The translations under genes were made by a program, and so were the position numbers. Shown here piece after piece: positions 23,301 to 38,300 of a DNA stretch of 64,000 nt. The stretch's first letter is position 1. Each line of letters begins with the position of its first letter. This stretch comes from Nemertoderma westbladi (taxonomy: Eukaryota; Animalia; Xenacoelomorpha). The stretch covers positions 19,682 through 83,681 of the forward strand of contig JAUCBJ010006746.1 in the NCBI GenBank assembly GCA_032718475.1. Reading direction: 5' to 3'. Below the pieces are notes generated by a model. It saw nothing but the letters and a program-made list of their open reading frames with translations. It had not been told where the DNA came from and made no database searches.

Positions 23301-26300
23301 TATGTAGCATCTTATTGTTACTTACTTAGCCTCCCTAACAACGCTCTCTGTAGCATCCTATTGTTACTTACTTAGCCTCCCTAACAACGCTCTCTGTATC
23401 ATCCTATTGTTACTTACTTAGCCTCCCTAACAACGCTCCATGTAGCATCCTATTGTTACTTACTTAGCATCCCTAACAACGCTCTATGTAGCATCTTATT
23501 GTTACTTACTTAGCCTCCCTAACAACGCTCCATGTAGCATCCTATTGTTACTTACTTAACCTCCCTAACAACGCTCCATGTAGCATCCTATTGTTACTTA
23601 CTTAGCATCCCTAACAACGCTCTATGTAGCATCTTATTGTTACTTACTTAGCCTCCCTAACAACGCTCCATGTAGCATCCTATTGTTACTTACTTAGCAT
23701 CCCTAACAACGCTCTATGTAGCATCTTATTGTTACTTACTTAGCCTCCCTAACAACGCTCCATGTAGCATCCTATTGTTACTTACTTAGCCTCCCTAACA
23801 ACGCTCCATGTAGCATCCTATTGTTACTTATTTAGCCTCCCTAACAACGCTCCATGTAGCATCCTATTGTTACTTACTTAACCTCCCTAACAACGCTCCA
23901 TGTAGCATCATATTGTTACTTACTTAGCCTCCCTAACAACGCTCTCTGTAGCATCCTATTGTTACTTACTTAGCCTCCCTAACAACGCTCTCTGTAGCAT
24001 CCTATTGTTATTTACTTAGCCTCCCTAACAACGCTCCATGTAGCATCCCATTGTTACTTACTTAGCCTCCCTAACAACGCTCTCTGTATCATCTTATTGT
24101 TACTTACTTAGCCTCCCTAACAACGCTCCATGTAGCATCCTATTGTCACTTACTTAGCCTCCCTAACAACGCTCTCTGTATCATCCTATTGTCACTTACT
24201 TAGCCTCCCTAACAACGCTCTCTGTATCATCCTATTGTTACTTACTTAGCATCCCTAACAACGCTCTATGTAGCATCTTATTGTTACTTACTTAGCCTCC
24301 CTAACAACGCTCCATGTAGCATCCTATTGTTACTTACTTAGCCTCCCTAACAACGCTTTCTGTAACATCCTATTGTTACTTACTTAGCATCCCTAACAAC
24401 GCTCTATGTAGCATCTTATTGTTACTTACTTAGCCTCCCTAACAACGCTCCATGTAGCATCCTATTGTTACTTACTTAGCATCCCTAACAACGCTCTATG
24501 TAGCATCTTATTGTTACTTACTTAGCCTCCCTAACAACGCTCCATGTAGCATCCTATTGTTACTTACTTAGCCTCCCTAACAACGCTCCATGTAACATCC
24601 TATTGTTACTTACTTAGCCTCCCTAACAACGCTCCATGTAGCAGCCTATTGTTACTTACTTAGCCTCCCTAACAACGCTCCATGTAACATCCTATTGTTA
24701 CTTACTTAGCCTCCCTAACAACGCTCCATGTAGCAGCCTATTGTTACTTACTTAGCCTCCCTAACAACGCTCTCTTTATCATCCTATTGTTACTTACTTA
24801 GCCTCCCTAACAACGCTCTCTGTATCATCCTATTGTTACTTACTTAGCCTCCCTCACAACGCTCTCTGTAACATCCTATTGTTACTTACTTAGCCTCCCT
24901 AACAACGCTCTCTGTAGCATCCTATTGTTACTTACTTAGCCTCCCTAACAACGCTCCATGTAGCATCCTATTGTTACTTACTTAGCCTCCCTAACAACGC
25001 TATCTATAGCATCCTATTGTTACTTACTTAGCCTCCCTAACAACGCTCCATGTAGCATCCTATTGTTACTTACTTAGCCTCCCTAACAACGCTATCTATA
25101 GCATCCTATTGTTACTTACTTAGCCTCCCTAACAACGCTCTCTGTATCATCCTATTGTTACTTACTTAGCCTCCCTCACAACGCTCTCTGTAACATCCTA
25201 TTGTTACTTACTTAGCCTCCCTAACAACGCTCTCTGTAGCATCCTATTGTTACTTACTTAGCCTCCCTAACAACGCTCCATGTAGCATCCTATTGTTACT
25301 TACTTAGCCTCCCTAACAACGCTATCTATAGCATCCTATTGTTACTTACTTAGCATCCCTAACAACGCTCTATGTAGCATCTTATTGTTACTTACTTAGC
25401 CTCCCTAACAACGCTCCATGTAGCATCCTATTGTTACTTACTTAGCCTCCCTCACAACGCTCTCTGTAACATCCTATTGTTACTTACTTAGCCTCCCTAA
25501 CAACGCTCTCTGTAGCATCCTATTGTTACTTACTTAGCCTCCCTAACAACGCTCCATGTAGCATCCTATTGTTACTTACTTAGCCTCCCTCACAACGCTC
25601 TCTGTAACATCCTATTGTTACTTACTTATCCTCCCTAACAACGCTCTCTGTAGCATCCTATTGTTACTTACTTAGCCTCCCTAACAACGCTCCATGTAGC
25701 ATCCTATTGTTACTTACTTAGCCTCCCTAACAACGCTATCTGTAGCATCCTATTGTTACTTACTTACCCTCCCTAACAACGCTCCATGTAGCATCCTATT
25801 GTTACTTACTTAGCCTCCCTAACAACGCTCCATGTAGCATCCTATTGTTACTTATTTAGCCTCCCTAACAACGCTCCATGTAGCATCCTATTGTTACTTA
25901 CTTAACCTCCCTAACAACGCTCCATGTAGCATCCTATTGTTACTTACTTAGCCTCCCTAACAACGCTCCCTGTAACATCCTATTGTTACTTACTTAGCCT
26001 CCCTAACAACGCTCTCTGTATCATCCTATTGTTACTTATTTAGCCTCCCTAACAACGCTCCATGTAGCATCCTATTGTTACTTACTTAGCATCCCTAACA
26101 ACGCTCCATGTAGCATCCTATTGTTACTTATTTAGCATCCCTAACAACGCTCTATGTAGCATCTTATTGTTACTTACTTAGCCTCCCTAACAACGCTCCA
26201 TGTAGCATCCTATTGTTACTTACTTAGCATCCCTAACAACGCTCTATGTAGCATCTTATTGTTACTTACTTAGCCTCCCTAACAACGCTCCATGTAGCAT

Positions 26301-29300
26301 CCTATTGTTACTTACTTAGCATCCCTAACAACGCTCTATGTAGCATCTTATTGTTACTTACTTAGCCTCCCTAACAACGCTCCATGTAGCATCCTATTGT
26401 TACTTACTTAGCATCCCTAACAACGCTCTATGTAGCATCTTATTGTTACTTACTTAGCCTCCCTAACAACGCTCCATGTAGCATCCTATTGTTACTTACT
26501 TAACCTCCCTAACAACGCTCCATGTAGCATCCTATTGTTACTTACTTAGCATCCCTAACAACGCTCTATGTAGCATCTTATTGTTACTTACTTAGCCTCC
26601 CTAACAACGCTCCATGTAGCATCTTATTGTTACTTACTTAGCCTCCCTAACAACGCTCCATGTAGCATCCTATTGTTACTTACTTAACCTCCCTAACAAC
26701 GCTCCATGTAGCATCCTATTGTTACTTACTTAGCATCCCTAACAACGCTCTATGTAGCATCCTATTGTTACTTACTTAGCATCCCTAACAACGCTCTATG
26801 TAGCATCTTATTGTTACTTACTTAGCCTCCCTAACAACGCTCCATGTAGCATCCTATTGTTACTTACTTAACCTCCCTAACAACGCCCCATGTAGCATCC
26901 TATTGTTACTTACTTAGCATCCCTAACAACGCTCTCTGTAGCATCCTATTGTTACTTACTTAGCCTCCCTAACAACGCTCTCTGTAGCATCCTATTGTTA
27001 CTTTCTTAGCTTCCCTAACAACGCTCTATGTAGCATCTTATTGTTACTTACTTAGCCTCCCTAACAACGCTCCATGTAGCATCCTATTGTTACTTACTTA
27101 GCATCCCTAACAACGCTCTATGTAGCATCTTATTGTTACTTACTTAGCCTCCCTAACAACGCTCCATGTAGCATCCTATTGTTACTTACTTAGCCTCCCT
27201 AACAACGCTCCATGTAGCATCCTATTGTTACTTACTAGCCTCCCTAACAACGCTCCATGTAGCATCCTATTGTTACTTACTTAACCTCCCTAACAACGCT
27301 CCATGTAGCATCATATTGTTACTTACTTAGCCTCCCTAACAACGCTCTCTGTAGCATCCTATTGTTACTTACTTAGCCTCCCTAACAACGCTCTCTGTAG
27401 CATCCTATTGTTATTTACTTAGCCTCCCTAACAACGCTCCATGTAGCATCCCATTGTTACTTACTTAGCCTCCCTAACAACGCTCCATGTAGCATCCTAT
27501 TGTTACTTACTTAGCCTCCCTAACAACGCTCTCTGTATCATCTTATTGTTACTTACTTAGCCTCCCTAACAACGCTCCATGTAGCATCCTATTGTCACTT
27601 ACTTAGCCTCCCTAACAACGCTCTCTGTATCATCCTATTGTCACTTACTTAGCCTCCCTAACAACGCTCTCTGTATCATCCTATTGTTACTTACTTAGCA
27701 TCCCTAACAACGCTCTATGTAGCATCTTATTGTTACTTACTTAGCCTCCCTAACAACGCTCCATGTAGCATCCTATTGTTACTTACTTAGCCTCCCTAAC
27801 AACGCTTTCTGTAACATCCTATTGTTACTTACTTAGCATCCCTAACAACGCTCTATGTAGCATCTTATTGTTACTTACTTAGCCTCCCTAACAACGCTCC
27901 ATGTAGCATCCTATTGTTACTTACTTAGCATCCCTAACAACGCTCTATGTAGCATCTTATTGTTACTTACTTAGCCTCCCTAACAACGCTCCATGTAGCA
28001 TCCTATTGTTACTTTCTTAGCATCCCTAACAACGCTCTATGTAGCATCTTATTGTTACTTACTTAGCCTCCCTAACAACGCTCTCTTTATCATCCTATTG
28101 TTACTTACTTAGCCTCCCTAACAACGCTATCTGTATCATGCTATTGTTACTTACTTAGCCTCCCTAACAACGCTCCATGTAGCAGCCTATTGTTACTTAC
28201 TTAGCCTCCCTAACAACGCTCTCTTTATCATCCTATTGTTACTTACTTAGCCTCCCTAACAACGCTCCATGTAGCATCCTATTGTTACTTACTTAGCCTC
28301 CCTAACAACGCTCTCTGTAGCATCCTATTGTTACTTACTTAGCCTCCCTAACAACGCTCTCTGTATCATCCTATTGTTACTTACTTAGCCTCCCTAACAA
28401 CGCTCTCTGTAGCATCCTATTGTTACTTACTTAGCCTCCCTAACAACGCTCTCTGTATCATCCTATTGTTACTTACTTAGCCTCCCTCACAACGCTCTCT
28501 GTAACATCCTATTGTTACTTACTTAGCCTCCCTAAAAACGCTCTCTGTAGCATCCTATTGTTACTTACTTAGCCTCCCTAACAACGCTCCATGTAGCATC
28601 CTATTGTTACTTACTTAGCCTCCCTAACAACGCTATCTATAGCATCCTATTGTTACTTACTTAGCCTCCCTAACAACGCTCCATGTAGCATCCTATTGTT
28701 ACTTACTTAGCCTCCCTCACAACGCTCTCTGTAACATCCTATTGTTACTTACTTAGCCTCCCTAACAACGCTCTCTGTAGCATCCTATTGTTACTTACTT
28801 AGCCTCCCTAACAACGCTCCATGTAGCATCCTATTGTTACTTACTTAGCCTCCCTCACAACGCTCTCTGTAACATCCTATTGTTACTTACTTAGCCTCCC
28901 TAACAACGCTCTCTGTAGCATCCTATTGTTACTTACTTAGCCTCCCTAACAACGCTCCATGTAGCATCCTATTGTTACTTACTTAGCCTCCCTAACAACG
29001 CTATCTGTAGCATCCTATTGTTACTTACTTAGCCTCCCTAACAACGCTCCATGTAGCATCCTATTGTTACTTACTTAGCCTCCCTAACAACGCTCCATGT
29101 AGCATCCTATTGTTACTTATTTAGCCTCCCTAACAACGCTCCATGTAGCATCCTATTGTTACTTACTTAACCTCCCTAACAACGCTCCATGTAGCATCCT
29201 ATTGTTACTTACTTAGCCTCCCTAACAACGCTCCCTGTAACATCCTATTGTTACTTACTTAGCCTCCCTAACAACGCTCTCTGTATCATCCTATTGTTAC

Positions 29301-32300
29301 TTATTTAGCCTCCCTAACAACGCTCCATGTAGCATCCTATTGTTACTTACTTAGCATCCCTAACAACGCTCCATGTAGCATCCTATTGTTACTTATTTAG
29401 CATCCCTAACAACGCTCTATGTAGCATCTTATTGTTACTTACTTAGCCTCCCTAACAACGCTCCATGTAGCATCCTATTGTTACTTACTTAGCATCCCTA
29501 ACAACGCTCTATGTAGCATCTTATTGTTACTTACTTAGCCTCCCTAACAACGCTCCATGTAGCATCCTATTGTTACTTACTTAGCATCCCTAACAACGCT
29601 CTATGTAGCATCTTATTGTTACTTACTTAGCCTCCCTAACAACGCTCCATGTAGCATCCTATTGTTACTTACTTAGCATCCCTAACAACGCTCTATGTAG
29701 CATCTTATTGTTACTTACTTAGCCTCCCTAACAACGCTCCATGTAGCATCCTATTGTTACTTACTTAACCTCCCTAACAACGCTCCATGTAGCATCCTAT
29801 TGTTACTTACTTAGCATCCCTAACAACGCTCTATGTAGCATCTTATTGTTACTTACTTAGCCTCCCTAACAACGCTCCATGTAGCATCCTATTGTTACTT
29901 ACTTAGCATCCCTAACAACGCTCTATGTAGCATCTTATTGTTACTTACTTAGCCTCCCTAACAACGCTCCATGTAGCATCCTATTGTTACTTACTTAGCC
30001 TCCCTAACAACGCTCCATGTAGCATCCTATTGTTACTTATTTAGCCTCCCTAACAACGCTCCATGTAGCATCCTATTGTTACTTACTTAACCTCCCTAAC
30101 AACGCTCCATGTAGCATCATATTGTTACTTACTTAGCCTCCCTAACAACGCTCTCTGTAGCATCCTATTGTTACTTACTTAGCCTCCCTAACAACGCTCT
30201 CTGTAGCATCCTATTGTTATTTACTTAGCCTCCCTAACAACGCTCCATGTAGCATCCCATTGTTACTTACTTAGCCTCCCTAACAACGCTCTCTGTATCA
30301 TCTTATTGTTACTTACTTAGCCTCCCTAACAACGCTCCATGTAGCATCCTATTGTCACTTACTTAGCCTCCCTAACAACGCTCTCTGTATCATCCTATTG
30401 TCACTTACTTAGCCTCCCTAACAACGCTCTCTGTATCATCCTATTGTTACTTACTTAGCATCCCTAACAACGCTCTATGTAGCATCTTATTGTTACTTAC
30501 TTAGCCTCCCTAACAACGCTCCATGTAGCATCCTATTGTTACTTACTTAGCCTCCCTAACAACGCTTTCTGTAACATCCTATTGTTACTTACTTAGCATC
30601 CCTAACAACGCTCTATGTAGCATCCTATTGTTACTTACTTAGCCTCCCTAACAACGCTCCATGTAGCATCTTATTGTTACTTACTTAGCCTCCCTAACAA
30701 CGCTCTATGTAGCATCTTATTGTTACTTACTTAGCCTCCCTAACAACGCTCCATGTAGCATCCTATTGTTACTTACTTAGCATCCCTAACAACGCTCTAT
30801 GTAGCATCTTATTGTTACTTACTTAGCCTCCCTAACAACGCTCCATGTAGCATCCTATTGTTACTTACTTAACCTCCCTAACAACGCTCTCTGTAGCATC
30901 CTATTGTTATTTACTTAGCCTCCCTAACAACGCTCCCTGTAGCATCCTATTGTTACTTACTTAGCCTCCCTCACAACGCTCTCTGTAACATCCTATTGTT
31001 ACTTACTTAGCCTCCCTAACAACGCTCTCTGTATCATCCTATTGTTACTTACTTAGCCTCCCTAACAACGCTCCATGTAGCATCCTATTGTTACTTACTT
31101 AGCATCCCTAACAACGCTCTATGTAGCATCTTATTGTTACTTACTTAGCCTCCCTAACAACGCTCCATGTAGCATCCTATTGTTACTTACTTAGCATCCC
31201 TAACAACGCTCCATGTAGCATCCTATTGTTACTTACTTAGCCTCCCTAACAACGCTCCCTGTAACATCCTATTGTTACTTACTTAGCCTCCCTAACAACG
31301 CTCTCTGTATCATCCTATTGTTACTTATTTAGCCTCCCTAACAACGCTCCATGTAGCATCCTATTGTTACTTACTTAGCATCCCTAACAACGCTCCATGT
31401 AGCATCCTATTGTTACTTATTTAGCATCCCTAACAACGCTCTATGTAGCATCTTATTGTTACTTACTTAGCCTCCCTAACAACGCTCCATGTAGCATCCT
31501 ATTGTTACTTACTTAGCATCCCTAACAACGCTCTATGTAGCATCTTATTGTTACTTACTTAGCCTCCCTAACAACGCTCCATGTAGCATCCTATTGTTAC
31601 TTACTTAACCTCCCTAACAACGCTCCATGTAGCATCCTATTGTTACTTACTTAACCTCCCTAACAACGCTCCATGTAGCATCCTATTGTTACTTACTTAG
31701 CCTCCCTAACAACGCTCCCTGTAACATCCTATTGTTACTTACTTAGCCTCCCTAACAACGCTCTCTGTATCATCCTATTGTTACTTATTTAGCCTCCCTA
31801 ACAACGCTCCATGTAGCATCCTATTGTTACTTACTTAGCATCCCTAACAACGCTCCATGTAGCATCCTATTGTTACTTATTTAGCATCCCTAACAACGCT
31901 CTATGTAGCATCTTATTGTTACTTACTTAGCCTCCCTAACAACGCTCCATGTAGCATCCTATTGTTACTTACTTAGCATCCCTAACAACGCTCTATGTAG
32001 CATCTTATTGTTACTTACTTAGCCTCCCTAACAACGCTCCATGTAGCATCTTATTGTTACTTACTTAGCCTCCCTAACAACGCTCCATGTAGCATCCTAT
32101 TGTTACTTACTTAGCCTCCCTAACAACGCTCCATGTAGCATCCTATTGTTACTTACTAGCCTCCCTAACAACGCTCCATGTAGCATCCTATTGTTACTTA
32201 CTTAACCTCCCTAACAACGCTCCATGTAGCATCATATTGTTACTTACTTAGCCTCCCTAACAACGCTCTCTGTAGCATCCTATTGTTACTTACTTAGCCT

Positions 32301-35300
32301 CCCTAACAACGCTCTCTGTAGCATCCTATTGTTATTTACTTAGCCTCCCTAACAACGCTCTATGTAGCATCTTATTGTTACTTACTTAGCCTCCCTAACA
32401 ACGCTCCATGTAGCATCCTATTGTTACTTACTTAGCCTCCCTAACAACGCTCTCTGTAGCATCCTATTGTTACTTACTTAGCCTCCCTAACAACGCTCTC
32501 TGTAGCATCCTATTGTTATTTACTTAGCCTCCCTAACAACGCTCTATGTAGCATCTTATTGTTACTTACTTAGCCTCCCTAACAACGCTCCATGTAGCAT
32601 CATATTGTTACTTACTTAGCCTCCCTAACAACGCTCTCTGTAGCATCCTATTGTTACTTACTTAGCCTCCCTAACAACGCTCCATGTAGCATCCCATTGT
32701 TACTTACTTAGCCTCCCTAACAACGCTCTCTGTATCATCTTATTGTTACTTACTTAGCCTCCCTAACAACGCTCCATGTAGCATCCTATTGTCACTTACT
32801 TAGCCTCCCTAACAACGCTCTCTGTATCATCCTATTGTCACTTACTTAGCCTCCCTAACAACGCTCTCTGTATCATCCTATTGTTACTTACTTAGCATCC
32901 CTAACAACGCTCTATGTAGCATCTTATTGTTACTTACTTAGCCTCCCTAACAACGCTCCATGTAGCATCCTATTGTTACTTACTTAGCCTCCCTAACAAC
33001 GCTTTCTGTAACATCCTATTGTTACTTACTTAGCATCCCTAACAACGCTCTATGTAGCATCTTATTGTTACTTACTTAGCCTCCCTAACAACGCTCCATG
33101 TAGCATCCTATTGTTACTTACTTAGCATCCCTAACAACGCTCTATGTAGCATCTTATTGTTACTTACTTAGCCTCCCTAACAACGCTCCATGTAGCATCC
33201 TATTGTTACTTACTTAGCATCCCTAACAACGCTCCATGTAGCATCCTATTGTTACTTACTTAGCCTCCCTAACAACGCTCCATGTAGCATCCTATTGTTA
33301 CTTACTTAGCATCCCTAACAACGCTCTATGTAGCATCTTATTGTTACTTACTTAGCCTCCCTAACAACGCTTTCTGTAACATCCTATTGTTACTTACTTA
33401 GCATCCCTAACAACGCTCTATGTAGCATCTTATTGTTACTTACTTAGCCTCCCTAACAACGCTCCATGTAGCATCCTATTGTTACTTACTTAGCCTCCCT
33501 AACAACGCTTTCTGTAACATCCTATTGTTACTTACTTAGCATCCCTAACAACGCTCTATGTAGCATCTTATTGTTACTTACTTAGCCTCCCTAACAACGC
33601 TCCATGTAGCATCCTATTGTTACTTACTTAGCATCCCTAACAACGCTCTCTGTAGCATCCTATTGTTACTTACTTAGCATCCCTAACAACGCTCTATGTA
33701 GCATCTTATTGTTACTTACTTAGCATCCCTAACAACGCTCTATGTAGCATCTTATTGTTACTTACTTAGCCTCCCTAACAACGCTCCATGTAGCATCCTA
33801 TTGTTACTTACTTAGCATCCCTAACAACGCTTTCTGTAACATCCTATTGTTACTTACTTAGCATCCCTAACAACGCTCTATGTAGCATCTTATTGTTACT
33901 TACTTAGCCTCCCTAACAACGCTCCATGTAGCATCCTATTGTTACTTACTTAGCATCCCTAACAACGCTCTCTGCAGCATCCTATTGTTACTTACTTAGC
34001 ATCCCTAACAACGCTCTATGTAGCATCTTATTGTTACTTACTTAGCATCCCTAACAACGCTCTATGTAGCATCTTATTGTTACTTACTTAGCCTCCCTAA
34101 CAACGCTCCATGTAGCATCCTATTGTTACTTACTTAGCATCCCTAACAACGCTTTCTGTAACATCCTATTGTTACTTACTTAGCATCCCTAACAACGCTC
34201 TATGTAGCATCTTATTGTTACTTACTTAGCCTCCCTAACAACGCTCCATGTAGCATCCTATTGTTACTTACTTAGCATCCCTAACAACGCTCTCTGTAGC
34301 ATCCTATTGTTACTTACTTAGCATCCCTAACAACGCTCTATGTAGCATCTTATTGTTACTTACTTAGCATCCCTAACAACGCTCTATGTAGCATCTTATT
34401 GTTACTTACTTAGCCTCCCTAACAACGCTCCATGTAGCATCCTATTGTTACTTACTTAGCATCCCTAACAACGCTCTATGTAGCATCTTATTGTTACTTA
34501 CTTAGCCTCCCTAACAACGCTCCATGTAGCATCCTATTGTTACTTACTTAGCATCCCTAACAACGCTCTATGTAGCATCTTATTGTTACTTACTTAGCCT
34601 CCCTAACAACGCTCCATGTAGCATCCTATTGTTACTTACTTAGCATCCCTAACAACGCTCTATGTAGCATCTTATTGTTACTTACTTAGCCTCCCTAACA
34701 ACGCTCCATGTAGCATCCTATTGTTACTTACTTAGCATCCCTAACAACGCTCTATGTAGCATCTTATTGTTACTTACTTAGCCTCCCTAACAACGCTCCA
34801 TGTAGCATCCTATTGTTACTTACTTAGCCTCCCTAACAACGCTCCATGTAGCATCCTATTGTTACTTACTTAGCCTCCCTAACAACGCTCCATGTAGCAT
34901 CCTATTGTTACTTACTTAGCATCCCTAACAACGCTCCATGTAGCATCTTATTGTTACTTACTTAGCCTCCCTAACAACGCTCCATGTAGCATCCTATTGT
35001 TACTTACTTAACCTCCCTAACAACGCTCCATGTAGCATCCTATTGTTACTTACTTAGCATCCCTAACAACGCTCTATGTAGCATCTTATTGTTACTTACT
35101 TAGCCTCCCTAACAACGCTCCATGTAGCATCCTATTGTTACTTACTTAGCATCCCTAACAACGCTCTATGTAGCATCTTATTGTTACTTACTTAGCCTCC
35201 CTAACAACGCTCCATGTAGCATCCTATTGTTACTTACTTAGCATCCCTAACAACGCTCTATGTAGCATCTTATTGTTACTTACTTAGCCTCCCTAACAAC

Positions 35301-38300
35301 GCTCCATGTAGCATCCTATTGTTACTTACTTAGCATCCCTAACAACGCTCTATGTAGCATCTTATTGTTACTTACTTAGCCTCCCTAACAACGCTCCATG
35401 TAGCATCCTATTGTTACTTACTTAGCATCCCTAACAACGCTCTATGTAGCATCTTATTGTTACTTACTTAGCCTCCCTAACAACGCTCCATGTAGCATCC
35501 TATTGTTACTTACTTAGCCTCCCTAACAACGCTTTCTGTAACATCCTATTGTTACTTACTTAGCATCCCTAACAACGCTCTATGTAGCATCTTATTGTTA
35601 CTTACTTAGCCTCCCTAACAACGCTCCATGTAGCATCCTATTGTTACTTACTTAGCATCCCTAACAACGCTCTATGTAGCATCTTATTGTTACTTACTTA
35701 GCCTCCCTAACAACGCTCCATGTAGCATCCTATTGTTACTTACTTAGCATCCCTAACAACGCTCTATGTAGCATCTTATTGTTACTTACTTAGCCTCCCT
35801 AACAACGCTCCATGTAGCATCCTATTGTTACTTACTTAGCATCCCTAACAACGCTCTATGTAGCATCTTATTGTTACTTACTTAGCCTCCCTAACAACGC
35901 TCCATGTAGCATCCTATTGTTACTTACTTAGCATCCCTAACAACGCTCTATGTAGCATCTTATTGTTACTTACTTAGCCTCCCTAACAACGCTCCATGTA
36001 GCATCCTATTGTTACTTACTTAGCCTCCCTAACAACGCTTTCTGTAACATCCTATTGTTACTTACTTAGCATCCCTAACAACGCTCTATGTAGCATCTTA
36101 TTGTTACTTACTTAGCCTCCCTAACAACGCTCCATGTAGCATCCTATTGTTACTTACTTAGCATCCCTAACAACGCTCTATGTAGCATCTTATTGTTACT
36201 TACTTAGCCTCCCTAACAACGCTCCATGTAGCATCCTATTGTTACTTACTTAGCATCCCTAACAACGCTCCATGTAGCATCCTATTGTTACTTACTTAGC
36301 CTCCCTAACAACGCTCCATGTAGCATCCTATTGTTACTTACTTAGCATCCCTAACAACGCTCTATGTAGCATCTTATTGTTACTTACTTAGCCTCCCTAA
36401 CAACGCTTTCTGTAACATCCTATTGTTACTTACTTAGCATCCCTAACAACGCTCTATGTAGCATCTTATTGTTACTTACTTAGCCTCCCTAACAACGCTC
36501 CATGTAGCATCCTATTGTTACTTACTTAGCCTCCCTAACAACGCTTTCTGTAACATCCTATTGTTACTTACTTAGCATCCCTAACAACGCTCTATGTAGC
36601 ATCTTATTGTTACTTACTTAGCCTCCCTAACAACGCTCCATGTAGCATCCTATTGTTACTTACTTAGCATCCCTAACAACGCTCTCTGTAGCATCCTATT
36701 GTTACTTACTTAGCATCCCTAACAACGCTCTATGTAGCATCTTATTGTTACTTACTTAGCATCCCTAACAACGCTCTATGTAGCATCTTATTGTTACTTA
36801 CTTAGCCTCCCTAACAACGCTCCATGTAGCATCCTATTGTTACTTACTTAGCATCCCTAACAACGCTTTCTGTAACATCCTATTGTTACTTACTTAGCAT
36901 CCCTAACAACGCTCTATGTAGCATCTTATTGTTACTTACTTAGCCTCCCTAACAACGCTCCATGTAGCATCCTATTGTTACTTACTTAGCATCCCTAACA
37001 ACGCTCTCTGTAGCATCCTATTGTTACTTACTTAGCATCCCTAACAACGCTCTATGTAGCATCTTATTGTTACTTACTTAGCATCCCTAACAACGCTCTA
37101 TGTAGCATCTTATTGTTACTTACTTAGCCTCCCTAACAACGCTCCATGTAGCATCCTATTGTTACTTACTTAGCATCCCTAACAACGCTTTCTGTAACAT
37201 CCTATTGTTACTTACTTAGCATCCCTAACAACGCTCTATGTAGCATCTTATTGTTACTTACTTAGCCTCCCTAACAACGCTCCATGTAGCATCCTATTGT
37301 TACTTACTTAGCATCCCTAACAACGCTCTCTGTAGCATCCTATTGTTACTTACTTAGCATCCCTAACAACGCTCTATGTAGCATCTTATTGTTACTTACT
37401 TAGCATCCCTAACAACGCTCTATGTAGCATCTTATTGTTACTTACTTAGCCTCCCTAACAACGCTCCATGTAGCATCCTATTGTTACTTACTTAGCATCC
37501 CTAACAACGCTCTATGTAGCATCTTATTGTTACTTACTTAGCCTCCCTAACAACGCTCCATGTAGCATCCTATTGTTACTTACTTAGCATCCCTAACAAC
37601 GCTCTATGTAGCATCTTATTGTTACTTACTTAGCCTCCCTAACAACGCTCCATGTAGCATCCTATTGTTACTTACTTAGCATCCCTAACAACGCTCTATG
37701 TAGCATCTTATTGTTACTTACTTAGCCTCCCTAACAACGCTCCATGTAGCATCCTATTGTTACTTACTTAGCATCCCTAACAACGCTCTATGTAGCATCT
37801 TATTGTTACTTACTTAGCCTCCCTAACAACGCTCCATGTAGCATCCTATTGTTACTTACTTAGCCTCCCTAACAACGCTCCATGTAGCATCCTATTGTTA
37901 CTTACTTAGCCTCCCTAACAACGCTCCATGTAGCATCCTATTGTTACTTACTTAGCATCCCTAACAACGCTCCATGTAGCATCTTATTGTTACTTACTTA
38001 GCCTCCCTAACAACGCTCCATGTAGCATCCTATTGTTACTTACTTAGCCTCCCTAACAACGCTCCATGTAGCATCCTATTGTTACTTACTTAGCATCCCT
38101 AACAACGCTCTATGTAGCATCTTATTGTTACTTACTTAGCCTCCCTAACAACGCTCCATGTAGCATCCTATTGTTACTTACTTAGCATCCCTAACAACGC
38201 TCTATGTAGCATCTTATTGTTACTTACTTAGCCTCCCTAACAACGCTCCATGTAGCATCCTATTGTTACTTACTTAGCCTCCCTAACAACGCTCCATGTA